A stretch of 64,000 nt of DNA from Tubiluchus corallicola. Taxonomy: Eukaryota; Animalia; Priapulida. The DNA is taken from assembly GCA_030141605.1 (NCBI GenBank), contig JAQGDQ010000041.1, positions 434,001 to 498,000 of the forward strand, written 5' to 3'. Under the pieces are notes generated by a model. The model searched no databases and had not been told where the DNA came from. It saw only the letters and a list, made by a program, of their open reading frames with translations. Below, in pieces: positions 26,401 through 39,830 of the stretch. Both the position numbers and the translations under genes were made by a program. The number at the start of each line of letters is the position of its first letter. Positions within the stretch are counted from its first letter, which is position 1.

Positions 26401-29400
26401 AGGGTCTGGAATACGCAATTCAACGTCACCATTCAGAGAAGCAGCCAGTCTCTGCTGATGCTGCAATACTTGACCTCTCTGGACATCCAAAATCCGTTGC
26501 CTTCTTGCCAATTCTTGTTCTTGAGAAATATAATGACAATGCTGTTGTTGCAAAATTTCTTCTAGCTGAGCTGTGGTATGTTTAGTAAATGGACGCTGCT
26601 GTGGCACTGACACAGTGGGGCCTACTATACCATGTAAATGTGGCGCAACCAAAGGTGTAGAATATGGAATGCCTGTTGCTCCATGGCTATTAGATGTGGC
26701 ATACAAGGAACTAGAAGAAGATGCCGTCGCTAACTGCACTAGAGAGTTCATCTGTTTAACTGTGGTGAGGTAAGAAACATGCGAAGATGGTGTAAGCAAT
26801 GCCTTAGAAAGTAAAACACTTGTGTCCCCAATGAAAGAGGTGGTACTTTCAGGTAAATGGTGTAGCCTCTGAGTCTGACCACTTGTGCTCAGCACTGGAT
26901 TCATAATGCTTGGCGTATTTGTTGTGCCAACAACAATGTTGTTGCTTACAACTGTTGAAGCAATTTCACGATCTTGTTCAAAGCTATGTCTGGCAGAATG
27001 CTTCCCCATTCCACATCTAGCAAATCTGTTTCTGTCTTCTGAATGGATTGTAACTGGAGAACTAGAAGATTCATAGTCTAGACTATTCTGAAGGTTTTGA
27101 GCTAGTTGGTCAGCTATGGCTAATAAGCCTTTCTTTCCTTTTTTCTGCTTCTTGTGCATTTCAACTTGTTCCTAAAAAATAAATCAAGCTGTAGGAACAG
27201 GTCATTAGTGAACAACTGGTAATACTAATAAACTATAAAAGATGCAAACAAACATTGTAAACTAATCGTTTTACATAAACATGCTAACTGATCAGATTTG
27301 CTATTGTGGAAATTAACTGTGTAATTAAATGTGGAAAACAAGTACTGTATAGAACAAAATTAACTTTGTCATCCCCAAGCAGGCATGTCAAGATGAATGA
27401 AATTAAGCATATAAGTTTAGATATAAACCTTTTCTACTAGATTTTGAAAATGACTTTAGTTAAATTTAAAATTTCGTGGGAAGTTTTTGCAACTTTTTTT
27501 TATCGGCTACGTGTAATTAGAGTATTTGCATAATGCGAGAACAATTTAATAATGTCAGTTCCTGTAGCCAGTGAAACTTTGGCTTGAGTAATCACCAAGA
27601 GTCACAACTAAAATTAATAGATCATGTTACACATTATTTCCAATTATAAAGGCATATTAAATAGAGAAAATATCAAAATATAGGTCATTTATCATTTTTA
27701 GCCTGCCTGCCATAAACTTCGGCATCTACATAAAGACTTTAGACCTGCAATTACTGTATGGTAATTATTTTACATTTAGTTAAGCATATTAAACTTAACT
27801 AATATATTACTCTGTACGGTAAACTTGCAGAGTACTGGCAGATCTACTGTGGTTTTATAGCGTAATATTAAGCAACTTTTGGTAAAATGTTGAATTTCGT
27901 GAAAAATGTTTGCCAATCGATAAACAAAGACTGGAACTGATGCGAAATTAGCAACGGCATCGTGTGAAACTAAAATGTACAACTCTGACTGTTCACTGTA
28001 TCTTTTCTTTCGAGACTATTTTCAACTGTATGTGAAGTAATAACTCTTCATTTATGAAAAGGTGAAAATTTACTTTTGATAATTTTCATATAACTTATAG
28101 ACTTGAATGTGCCACTAATAAGTTAAGCTTGGTTTATGCTACAGTTTGATGTGACTTATTACTGCTCCTTTGCTCCTGTTTTATGACTTCTGGTATGTAA
28201 AAATTATTATCATCAATTTTTTTTTAAATGTTTGTATAACTACATCTTGATATATGTAAAAAACATGTAAAATATTTCCATATTTCTTGAAAAATTCCCG
28301 ATGTACCAAAAAATCACTGTTTACTAATGGCATTTGACAACAAAATTAACAAGGCTGCAAAAGGCCAGATATGTTAACAGAATTTCGTGATCCAAGTTAT
28401 ATCAGCCTACTCCTTACATAACCAATGTAAACATGGCGAAACCAGGACATTTAGCATGCCAGATTTTATTGCATTTCTCTGCTTTTCAAGCTGTGACAAA
28501 TGTACAGACAAAGATTGTAAAAAGAAACTCATTACAAGCTAATTGGAGAAGTACATGAAGATAATGAACAAGAATACAATAAAATGAAATCCCAGTAAAA
28601 AGTGTAGCAAATGCTTTCCGATATAATTATAAGATACTGAAATACAAATGAGTCATATAGCAGTTTGGCAGTTTTCATTTTGATTCAGAGTTAAAACAGA
28701 TGTGCTGACATTTGAACAAGCAAGTCGCCCTAAGTAAGTTTATAATACATTAATTAAGTGTTAATAAATTAAGTGCATTATAGAAAAAATTTCTTGCACT
28801 TTTTAGATGCCCTTTTCAGACAATAAAATTCATTAAAACACAAGATTAAAAGGAAATCTATGAAAGACAAAAATGGTAAATGAAAAACTATAAACTTACT
28901 AGAACATAACTACGTTCTGTGGATGATTGTTTACTGGTCTGAGAATTCAGCACAGCCAGTACTTCCCTATCAGTTAAAAACTCAACTTCACAGCACTCTG
29001 AGTCATCATCATCATCCATTTCTTTTTGACGGGGTTCTTGACTGTCTTCAACAGCAGCTTTGTAAACCTAAGTGAAACAGTTTATAGTTTACGAAAGTTG
29101 GCTCTTCACTTCCCTTCAAATGACTGACCATGCTATTTTACGCTTGTCTACAGAGCCAAGATGACAGGCAACAAATCACTTTTTTCTATGATTCGTCATG
29201 GGTATTTATACAGCACAAAAATGTATACAAGCCAGGTGCACAGAGTGCAACCTCAATTCGAACCCACAGATGTTGATGGTGCTGGAGCATTGTTTTATAT
29301 GCACATATAATAACATGTATATTGTAAAATGTAAATCTTTCCAATATTTCACATAATATTAAAAAATGGTTGTCCCACTTAAAATAATCTTTCTGCTACC

Positions 29401-32400
29401 GATATGCTTGAACAATTGCTGCAAATATATTGGTTACTGCTGCGACATGATAACATACAAAAAATGCCAGTAGGCTTACGTTATACTTATGCATGTTAGT
29501 ATAGGACTTTTGAATCATCAGGGAGTCATCATCTTGTTACAAATATTTATGGTGCAAGGTTTAGGGAATTTAGTAAATTAGTGAACTTTATCAGTTATAA
29601 GTTCATTGATTACTGATCTTAAATCCGTTTGCTATTTCTTGCTACTATCAACTGAACTTCTTGCCTCAAAATATACGTGCAAATTTCGTCAAAATTTACA
29701 TGTTGTTGCAAAGTTATACACAGCAAGTGCTTGAAAAGATTAATTTTTAACATTTTTAGGAGTATTTCAAATGACTGATTAATGATCGTAAATCGACTGC
29801 CTACTTATTGTTCAAAATAAATTTGGTTTTCATTTTGTATCCGTGGGTGCACATCTTACCAGATTGACAAGTTGTGCAAGGTTATTAACAAATAAATTTT
29901 TAAAAAATCCTCACACATTGGTCAGGTTCCCCCTACTATGGTATGTTGCGACCCAGAAACAGAAGCTATACTACATGTAGTAGTACTCTAAACTTTCCTT
30001 CTTAAACAGTTTTTGTTAATGCTGTGTAGGTCTCACTTAAAGTGGTGATTTTGTGCCCTTTATATACAAAATTTTTCACTTTATGTTGTATTTTTTCAGT
30101 TATTCTTCTAAAACAACAACACAATTCTAATAACTGAATACTCAGAGCAATCAAATGTCATGCCCCGAGCAATGCTGAATAAAAAAATAAACTGAAATAA
30201 AACTTAATTGCAGAAGTAGTAAGCAATAATACCATAAAATTAAACAAACCTGTCCTCTTTCAGCACTATTGTGGTCATTGCCACCAGGTCTCACTGTGGC
30301 CATTGCAGTTGGTATTTCTGGAGTATCACTGGGAAGTTCTTGCTTGTTGCTCTCATGTGAAGCCATCAAAAGTGTTTCAGCACTTTCACAGTCTTTATTC
30401 TCAATAAGCTTTATTGCTGGTCTTGGTGTCTTTGGTGGCATTGCAAAACTGGCATTACCAACACCTGCCACTTTAACATTCTTCGGCAGATCAAAACTAG
30501 TTTTCCTTTGCGAAGCAATAAATGCTCTTTCAGCACTTTCATGGTCTTTATCGTCAATAAGCTTTATTGCTGGTCTTGGTGTCTGCGGTGGAATTTCAAA
30601 GTCGGCATCAACCACAGCCACTGTTTCAGCACTGTTTGACGTATCAGCATTAGTTAGCCTTTGCGAAGCAATAAATGCTCTTTCAGCACTTTCATGATCG
30701 TTATCGTCAATAAGCTTCATCGCTGGTCTTGGTGTCTCCGGTGGAATTTCAAAGTCAGTGCCAACGACATTCGCTGCTTCAGCATTGATCAACATATCAA
30801 CATCAGTCAGGCTTTGTGAAGCAATAAATGCTCTTTCAGCATTTTCATTGTCTTTATCCTCAATAAGCTTAACTTCTGGCCTTGGTGTTTTAGGAGGTAT
30901 TTTAAAATCAGTACCTTCAACAACATCTGTTACTTTGGCACTGTTTGGCAGATCAATAGCAGTTTTCCCTTGTAAAACTATGAAAGCACTATTATGGTCT
31001 TCATCATTTCCAGGCGTTAGTGCTGCCTTAGTCCTCTCAGGAAGCACTTCAAATTCATTGTGATCAGCAAAATTTACTACCTCTAGAGTATTTGGAACAT
31101 CAACACTAGTATCTTCTTGTAAGGCTACAACAGCCCTTACATCATTCTCATGGATTTTGTTCTCAATATGGTTCAAGGCAAATCTTAGTACCGGGGTCGT
31201 TTCAAAGTTGCTAATATTGGCACTACTCAAGGTTTCTGCATTTTTTAGTAAATGAACGTCAGTTTCCACTTGTGCAGTTCTTTCAGCATTTTTGCGATCA
31301 TCAACTTCAATAAGCTTTACTGGTCGGCTTGACATTTGTGGCCGCATTTCAAGATCAGTACTACTAACAGCACAAGCTGTTTCATCAGTGTTATTTAGCA
31401 GCTCAACGCTAGTTTTTCTCTGCGGAACTATAAAAGTTTTATTGTCACTTTTCTTGTCTTTATCATCACTGTTCTTTACTGCGGGAATAGGTATTTCAAT
31501 GTCAATAGCATCAACAGCACTCGCCATTTCTATCCTGTGTGTTTTGTCAATACCAGTTTTCCCTTGCCCAGCAACGAAAGCACTTTCAGTATTTCCACAG
31601 TCATTAACATCAAAGAGTCTCACTGCTGGCCCTGATGTTTCTAATGGCAAATCTAACTGAGAATCATTAAGAGCACAAACTTGTAAATTGGCAGAGAACT
31701 CAGTACAAGTTTTTTTGACACCGCCTTTTCCTTGGGAAGCAACAAATGCTTTTTCAGCACTTTCCTGATCATTATCATCAACAACTGTTACTATTGGCCT
31801 CGTTGATGTTTCTAATTCTGACCTGTCAGCAGCACTGACACTTGCTCCTGATCTGTCTAACAGATCAACATCACTTTTCCTGTGTGAAGCTATAAATGCT
31901 TTTTCAGCACTTTTCTGGTTGTTATCATCAACAATTGTCAGTAAAGGTTTTGGAGATGCTTCCAACTCAGCATCTTCGACAGCATCCACACTTACTTCTT
32001 CTGACCTATCTAGTAGATGAATGCCAGGTTTCCTTTGTGAAGTAATAAAGATTTTTTCTGCATGTTTATGGTCACTGTCATCAACAATTGTTAGCACAGG
32101 TTTTGGGGATGCTTCCAATTCAGCGTCTTCGACAACAGTAGCTTTTCTAACATTTGGAACTCCAGCATTCAACTTTACAAGTGAAGCTCCAAAAGTCTTC
32201 TCTGCAATACCAAGATGAACTTCATTGTTTGATCTTTCTGACAATCTACATACAGAATTTCTATAATCTTGGTCAACTTTTTGGTCAAATTCCGTCTTCT
32301 CCAGTTTAATGTTTGAAAAGCATTTTGAAGAATTACCACTAGAATTATCAGTTACATGGTTAGACTCTTTAAAATGTTCTCTTGCTTTGCCTTCAGCAGG

Positions 32401-34635
32401 ACTACCTAAGCAATTAATGATCAAACAATCATCACCAGAATCACTGTTATTCCCAAGATCTTCACTATGATCACTGTGCAATGTAGAGTGGCTTTGTTTA
32501 CCACCTCTTTTAGGCAGCCATTGGTTTGAGCTATGTCCTGTGGCTTCAGAACAAGGCAAATCACAAAGAACTGGTATTTGTTCACAATTAGATTTGTATT
32601 TCTGTGTGGGTTCATGTTCATCCGTTTTTACGTGTCCTCCATACTCAAATTTGCCACTGTTAGAAATCTTCAGCTTGTTAAGCTGAAATTTTAATTTTTC
32701 TACACGAGCTATATTTAAGGATGGTTTAACTCCTAAAGTATTACTGACTTGCTTTGTGGCATTTTGCGCATCACTCATTTGCTGACCATCATTTTCAGAA
32801 GTAATAGCATCGACATACTGTACATCTGTACTAGTTACTAAATGTTTATTAGGTGAATCTCGTGAAGTGCCTTTTAACATTTCAACGTCGTTCTCGAAAG
32901 ACTTATCCAAACTTTTGTTTCCTAGCAGAAGCTCTTTAAATGTTGATTGTTTACTACTCGCATTTTCTGACGTAGTATTTAAAATGGGAAGCACAAGTTG
33001 TGGTTGTTCAATATTTACATTCTTAAAGTTTAATTGCTGTTTTAGTTTCTCGACCACAGACATTAGGTGCAAGCTAAACTCACTTAGTTCTGGTGAAAAT
33101 TCTAAAATTGCTTCTGCTTCCTGAATAGCAAGTTGCAGCTCTTTTACAGCTCTAAGTTTTTCATCTGAATGTAGTTGACTGATCACACTGGTGTTTTTCA
33201 AAGCTTGGTATAGTTCTTTTAAAATCTCTTTACTTCTATAGGGCTTATATTGAGTATCTGTATTCGATGAACCACAAAACTTCTGACAGTTAACTTCAGA
33301 TTCACTTTCCTTAACAGATGTAGGATTAACAGCTTGACTTGTGGATGGTACTGCATTTTTTACATCAATAACTATCTGCATGTGATCTTGACTGGTTTTG
33401 ACTGCAGGGTTGCTCACTTTAGCAGAAATGCTACTGCTTTTACTATATTTTGTAGTAGGTTGTTTTTGCACTAAAGAATTGCACTGCTGAAAGATTTGCT
33501 TTGGAGAAATGCTGCCTCCGTGTGAAACTTCGGGGTCACTTGTTAAATGGCTAGAGTTTAAAGATTCTATCCCTGAAATAGAAGCACTATCCTTGTTCAT
33601 GAAACTGCTAATATTTGAGTTGGAAAATGAAGCGTTGCTGTGTTCATTATCAGAGCTAGTTGGTACTGTAATAACCTGATCTTCTACATGAGCTGAAGAG
33701 TATAGATCACCACACACTGGTTTCGCACTGTTATCTCTGTTAGAGACTCCTGGCTGGCAATTCGTATTAGTCAATGAAATGTTACTAGAAAGTGAAAAAA
33801 TACTACTCTCATTAACCGGTACAACCTCATTAGGATCAGTGTTCGATTTCTGAAAAATGTCAGATGAATAATGAACTGTTGCAAGCAAGGCATCCTTTAA
33901 CTGTTTGTCCCGTTGTTCCTTACTTTCGAGTAGTGCACTAAAAAGGCTAGCCTGACGTTCTTGTCTGCGAACTGAGTTACTCGACACATGCTCACCAATA
34001 GCAGACTCTATTGTTTTACCAATAACGGACATATAACTTACTTGCACTTCCTTAACAATTTCAGTAACAGGATGCAATGATGCAACCTCGTGTATTAATT
34101 TGTTGAGAACTACTAACACATCAGCTTTCTCGCGTCCGTGTTCAATATTAATATTGTATAGACCACTTTGATTATCGTATGACCTCTCGCAAGACATAAT
34201 CATATCACTTTCTCTATGAAATTTACTTTTATTATTTTTTGCTATTTCATTAAGACGATCCTCTTGGATAGCATCACTGTGATTAGAACGATGCGAAGAC
34301 ATTAATTTAGTAACTTGTTTATCCTTTCTCTTACCATTGCTCGCCACGTTTAAGTGATTATCAAAAATTTTACAAACACTGGAAGACTTGGGTTCCCAAT
34401 CCTGATTCTTGGCAGTGATGTCAATACCATTTCTGTGTTGACAATAACACTTATCCAATTGTTTCTGAAAGTGACTAGTGCAGCATTCATGAACAGTTCC
34501 TTCAGTTTCAACACTACCAATGAGAATTTCTCTGCCATTGACTATTTCCATTTCATTAGAGACAGTTTCCACAATTTTGTCTAGCACAGAAGCAACACTA
34601 AAAGCCAGGTGCTGAGCTGGGTTCCAAGTAGACAT
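14367..34635 (-). CDS. Giant uncharacterised, largely disordered, probably nuclear protein (~5,242 aa); complement(join(14367..17407,18283..18477,19233..27171,28900..29067,30250..34635))
   Basis: Three long ORFs plus two small exons join with GT-AG boundaries and matching phases (0,0,1,1): 15,729 nt = 5,243 codons including stop. An in-frame TAA just 5' of the ATG at 34635 supports that start. Basic NLS-like tracts, two CCHC motifs, PLDLS. Confidence 0.8.
18283..18477 (-). CDS. Giant gene, 195-nt internal exon
   Basis: ctcattgcag|CAAAAAGG...ATAG|gtattg; AKRQKWQEEEARQKSKQQEKRRKVKKGLLREVAGLL; phase 1-1 matches neighbours. Confidence 0.8.
19233..27171 (-). CDS. Giant gene, 7,939-nt internal exon
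   Basis: tttttag|GAACAAGTT...GAAG|gtatgg; stop-free for >2,600 codons. Confidence 0.88.
20065..20560 (-). repeat. Coding tandem repeat, ~39 bp / 13 aa unit (QVSAKELQSxxxx), ~12 degenerate copies
   Basis: QVSAKELQSLPST, QTSVRELQSLASS, DVSAIEIQSSPNA, QVSAKELHSAATV, QVSAGDLQTTVST. Confidence 0.8.
28900..29067 (-). CDS. Giant gene, 168-nt internal exon
   Basis: ttcacttag|GTTTAC...GTTCTA|gtaagt; VYKAAVEDSQEPRQKEMDDDDDSECCEVEFLTDREVLAVL; phase 0-0. Confidence 0.78.
30250..34635 (-). CDS. Giant gene, first coding exon
   Basis: ATG at 34635; donor GGACAG|gtttgt at 30250; probable acceptor ttattgcag| at 34744 leaves a short 5' UTR segment in this exon. Confidence 0.82.
30270..32200 (-). repeat. Coding tandem repeat, 153 bp / 51 aa unit, ~12 copies of graded divergence
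   Basis: (c/t)gaagcaataaatgctctttcagc recurs at 30511, 30664 and 30817; unit like DFEIPPETPRPAIKLIDDKDHESAERAFIASQRKT. Confidence 0.9.
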
Positions 34636-35323
34636 TTTTTAAATTTCTTATTTACTTTTTTGAGGCACAAACACATATAGTGTACTTTTTTGCGCAACAA
34701 TGACCTTTAGCCAAGTTTGTACTGAATTAATTGTGCAAAACTATCTGCAATAAAGCACTGAGATTCATCAATATACATGCTAAACATCACAGGCAATTAC
34801 AAATTTACTGTACTGGTGAAGTAGACAACTGGTAATGTGATATTGTTTCTCATTTCTGCTGCAGGTAAAGCTAAGTTCGTTCTGTCTGGAGGGATTTGAA
34901 TAAGTTAGAATGGATCACAATAATAGGTGCTTCATTATGTCCTATATCCACATGAAATCTACTGCATACATATGTCATCCAAGGGTAATTCCAGCAGTGC
35001 ATGTCCACTAGTCTGCAAAATCAATAGACATACATATAAAATAGAAGATTCACCAATGCAATATACGTAATCGATATTTGAATATAATACAGGCCTACAG
35101 TACAAAATACATGTGCCCCGTTTTGACAAACAAATCTATGCATGTACGTATATTTAAAGCCAGTACGCTATTTTTAGAAATCGAGAATAGTAACGGGTGT
35201 CTAGGCTAAGTGCTGAAGCAGTAATATTAGAAATCAAAATTAGGTCACTCCAAATGTAAACAGTAGTCCTACCATCACTAACGTTGCAGCAGTGTACCTG
35301 ATTTTCAATGTAATATGCTGAAA

Positions 35324-35435
35324 CAGCAGTCAGCCTGTCCCTAAACGGCACTTGACAGTGAAACAAGAAAACTTTAATTCAGCAGTCAGCCTGTTCCTAA
35401 ACAGCACTTGACAATGAAACAAGAAAACTTTAATT
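35324..35435. repeat. 56-bp direct tandem duplication (2 copies)
   Basis: cagcagtcagcctgt...gaaacaagaaaactttaatt at 35324 and 35380, few mismatches. Confidence 0.9.
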
Positions 35436-36545
35436 ACTAAGTAAAAAATGCACATCTAGCTACTTTAAACACTTTAACCCTACTATTGTACTTCTACCTA
35501 GTCTTACTGTACTGGACACATGGCATATAATTTAATGTTGCAGAGAGTTCATGGTTTCCTTGCAATCAGGATGCTTACTTTCATGTTTCCAACATTACAA
35601 GAGACAACAGAAATCACCTCAATAGTAATGTCTTTGCACAATAACAAAGACAAAATACAAGCTATGAACGGAGTAAAGTAGTTTATCAACACCCCCTTGC
35701 TTGCTGCCCCCCGTGGTGCAAAAACACAAAGAACATTCTTCCCACAACATAAAGTATTGACATGAGCAGGATATCACACAAGCTGGATGGCCTTGACCCA
35801 AAGCAACGCAGGACTTAACATTTTTCATGAATGCAAGAAAACTTACAAACAGGAATGGGAGTAAAACCCACTGCAATAACAAGAACAGTGAAAATACATA
35901 CGAGACTTTTTGTAAAATTTGAGCTGACCAAACCTCGTCTGCTTCAAAAGAACATCAATAAAATAACGTCTGTCACTAGCAAATTAATTATAAAAAATTT
36001 GCCGTTCAGTATTCATATTGTCTTGTTAGTTGTAGTAGCTTATCTTCATAGCTCACTAGCCTTGTTTGAGGGGCTTTGTATAAAAAATCTTGAGACCTTG
36101 AAATTAGGAGTATAAATAATTAACCATGTTATCATTTATAAATAGGCTTTATCATTATTAGCAGTCATGATTCAAGAGATTACAAAATGTAAAGAAAAAT
36201 GGTTGACAAAAATAAAAGCAAAAATTTCAACATGATCAAAGTATTTTCCAATGCAAACATTATCATGCATACAACTACAGAATTTGGCTCAGTTATGAGC
36301 ACATTTCACAAGCCCATTTCTATTTACACAGAGAGATAAATGTGCCATCAAAGGAAGTAACTGCAAACAAAAATGTTTCATGTTTTTTCTGAATCTGGAT
36401 GTTATGTAGTATTATAGAAAAATCCATAATATGAATTGGCTTTGGGGAAAGTGTTATAGGCCCGGCTGAATTTGTGGACTGTCCAAGACACCAGCATTAG
36501 CCTTAGCAATCATATTATTACTGACCTTTTTATGAACATCTAAAA

Positions 36546-37330
36546 GGCCATTTAGATTGATCAGCTTTTTTGTCAAACTTGTTTGTCAGTTTTAGTTTAA
36601 CAAACTAGTTTGACTGTGTAAGCAGCAAAACTGACAAACTTTTAGTTTGACAAACAAGGTTTCACGGTATATCAAACCATCTTGAATTCACCAGTGAAAC
36701 AAAAACTGACAAACTTAGCCTCAACAACCAATAGTGTCATGAGCTCGTTACATCATACCAATTGTCCATTTTCACATGGGACGGAAAGTTTTGTTGCTAT
36801 TAATCCAACAAATGGTATAAAAATACACGACCATCAGCATTGTTGGATGTTGCCTAATACTGAAACCTGGAGGTTAGACACAGTGTTAATACAAAGAAGA
36901 ATTTGATTTTGCTTACGAAGAGAAGATTCTGGTTTTGCTGTATTGCTTTCTACCAATCAACTAAATAATTTTGGATAGTACTATGTACTATATAGCAGTG
37001 TTATCTAGGCAATGGCTAGTAAAACCGAGCTTCTTGCAATAAATAGTCAAATATTACAGGTGTGACATATGCATATAATTCAAAAAGTCACGCTGCACCT
37101 GAATGTTCAAATTCTTGAAAATCAGGCTGTAACTGCTTCTTTCAATTCTTTGCTGTGGCTATTTTTCATCCAAGCTTTTCTAACTCTTCCTTTTTTAATC
37201 GTACAAGCTAGCCCAATAGACAACAAAGCATGTCTGCATATTGGCGCCATAATTTGACTGAAACCCCTGCTGAATAATTATCACCAGAGGTTTTGTTTGT
37301 CAGTTTAAAAAGTGATCATGTAAATGGACC
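36546..37330 (+). mobile_element. Non-autonomous TIR DNA transposon (possibly PIF/Harbinger-like), copy 1
   Basis: Ends GGCCATTTAGATTGATCAG... and ...TGATCATGTAAATGGACC are inverted; internal TGTCAAAC/CTGACAAAC subrepeats; colinear reverse-complement copy at 53030-53643. Confidence 0.7.
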
Positions 37331-39419
37331 ATAATGCGGTATAGTCTAGGATACCATGTACAGCTAACAATGTAAAATGTTATTCTCATAAGTTTGTTGG
37401 CATGGCTACTTTTTAGCTTAGCAAAATCTTTGAAGGTTAGATTGAAAAATACTTTAAAAAACCTCGATTTTCACCACTATACAAATTGCTTTGCGAATTG
37501 GTAACAATTGCTTTAGTAACAATGCAAAAATTGTTTACCTTACAATAGCAACTGCAAGAGAAAGCATTAGATGTTCTTTGCACACTCTAGCTAACAATAT
37601 TAAAATATTGTATGTTAGAATTTTGCAATTAGGAAAAAATATTAAAAAAGTTTCTTGATTTATTTCTAATTAAGAAAGTAAAAATTAAGGTCATTCATTT
37701 CTAAGCTGGAAGCTTATTAAACGGCATAACTTGTAACTCGAATGATTAATTATAAAAATTTCTTAAGAGGACTATATAGTTAATTCTTAAATTTTGGCAC
37801 CTACCATTATAAAAATAGCCCGGTTTGTAACCCCGGCTATAACTTTCAATTCTGCTGGGATTAAAACCAGGGCCAAAACCCCAAAGTTGGCCTAAAGCCC
37901 ATTTAATCTCCATGCATTATATAATTTTGAATACAAAGCCTATATTTTAAAACACTACAAAAAATAAAATGGAGAGGAATATGTGTCCAAAATACAATAT
38001 CTGTTTAAAAATAATTTACCTGAAATAAGTCTAGGAAAAGAAAGAAGCCATCTACACCTATATTTATTATATCTGTCATCCTGTTAATAAATTAATTTAT
38101 CGTGTGCTCTACTTTTTCAAACTTGCTTTGTTTAAAATAAAGGAACTCTAAAATGCAACATTTTCAGCTTTTGAAATACAGTACAAAACGATTAGAGCAA
38201 AATAGTTTAGTCCATACACACCAGTAATATAAACTTGCAAAAGGAAACGAACTTTCGTCATTCACTTAACTAGTACCACAACTTTGAATACAGTGCAATT
38301 GGTTATTCCGTAACTTCGCTACTATATTCACATAAAACGTATTCACATATTTTACCTTTGCCAGCCATTAGCAAATTAATTAGCAGCCAAATTTAGCCCA
38401 TCATTCGTGGTGCTGCAAAAAGTTGTTGGGGACAAGGCAGCTTGCAGTTGTTTACTGCAAACAAAGATTGACTGACTTCTTTGAATCTCATTGACTTTAC
38501 TGAACATGTCACTTACAGCTAAACGCGTACATGTAATTAGGTATGAAACAGTCGACGTTTTCAGTTTATTGAAGTAACGTAACATACATTTCATTGAATT
38601 TTAATACAGTGCAAAGTAATTCATACTTGATAGCATTGACTAAAACTACTTTACACCCTCAATGAGGTCTGACATTGTACATTATTTATATTAATTACAT
38701 AATTAATATATTATATTATATTTACTATTAATACATGCCTGTCCATCTAGTAGTCATACGCATGTGATTAGCCATGTATGCTTATAGAGTACATCGGTTA
38801 TAGAGTACTTTTTTGGGTCGTTAGCAGGTTCATTATAGTGATGTTATTCTATATTAAATGAAATTGACATAAAAATTTATTCTGCATGCATACCTTCTTC
38901 ACAATACTCTTTCTCACTTGAATGATATTCACAAAAAGGTGGTCTTCCTCATTTAAGGATGCACCAAAGCCTTTTCATCAACTGAGGCGAAGCCGACTTT
39001 TTTGTGCTTGAGTGCCTTGAAACTGAAGCCTAACCAAACGAGTGAACGTTATTAGTTAAGTTAACACTGCACAAGTTTTCTTATAGTGATGACTTGATGT
39101 GTCTTCATGTGCTAATGATTTATAAACTTTGTATGTTATATTTTGTTCTGTATGTACATGTACACATTGGCATCATATATAATAAATCAAATCAAATTGA
39201 AGTCAAAACGTTGTAGTGAACTGAATTTCGACTAAAATATCATGTCAATGTGGGATACTGGACAGAATCCAAAGCGAATTCTTTACTGAAACTGAACCGA
39301 ATTTTCTTGTAATGTGTTAACGAAAACCCAAACATTCCAATTGAAAGGAATTATAAACTATGCAATGTTTAAATCATTTCAAGTTAATTTAAATCATTTA
39401 AATTATAACTAAAAAACAC

Positions 39420-39830
39420 TTGGGTTTCAACAAACGCCCCACATATTATTCTTATCGTGACTGTAGACTAGCCGTTCCTCAAAGACAAATGCGGGTTGGC
39501 TTTTCTCAACTAAACTTTGACCTGAGTCAGAGAGGATGTAAAATCTATGATGGGACCCCTATTTCACCTACCTGTAGATGCGGTGCCTCCTTTGAAACCG
39601 TTAATCAATTTCTAATTAGCTGCTTGTTATATCACCAGGCTCGAAATATATTATTAAGCGCAAACTCTGTACTTTGTTAATTCCTCATAATATTAGAATT
39701 TATAATCTGTCAACAAATGAACTTGAAGCTTATTTGCTTCTTCGCGGCAATCGACACTTAAATATAACTGTTAGTATCCAAGTATTTAAGCTTCTACAGA
39801 AATTCATATTTCTAATTAAGTGCTTCTAAG
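39420..39830 (+). mobile_element. LINE ORF2 C-terminal remnant (CCHC knuckle)
   Basis: MRVGFSQLNFDL...SPTCRCGASFETVNQFLISCLLYHQAR resembles the RLRxGxSxLN...CxCGxxxETxxHFxxxCxxY motif of non-LTR elements. Confidence 0.7.

Noticed and set aside
30270-32200. CRISPR-like regularly spaced repeats
   Set aside because: Eukaryotic in-frame coding repeat; whole units are homologous, with no unique spacers and no cas genes.
14650-34584. Many short + strand ORFs and off-frame - strand ORFs
   Set aside because: Antisense or alternative-frame shadows of the giant exons, with no independent motifs.
34800-35012. Upstream exon of the giant gene
   Set aside because: Plausible acceptor at ~35013, but no clear donor, and an in-frame stop precedes the ATG; at most an unverified 5' UTR exon.
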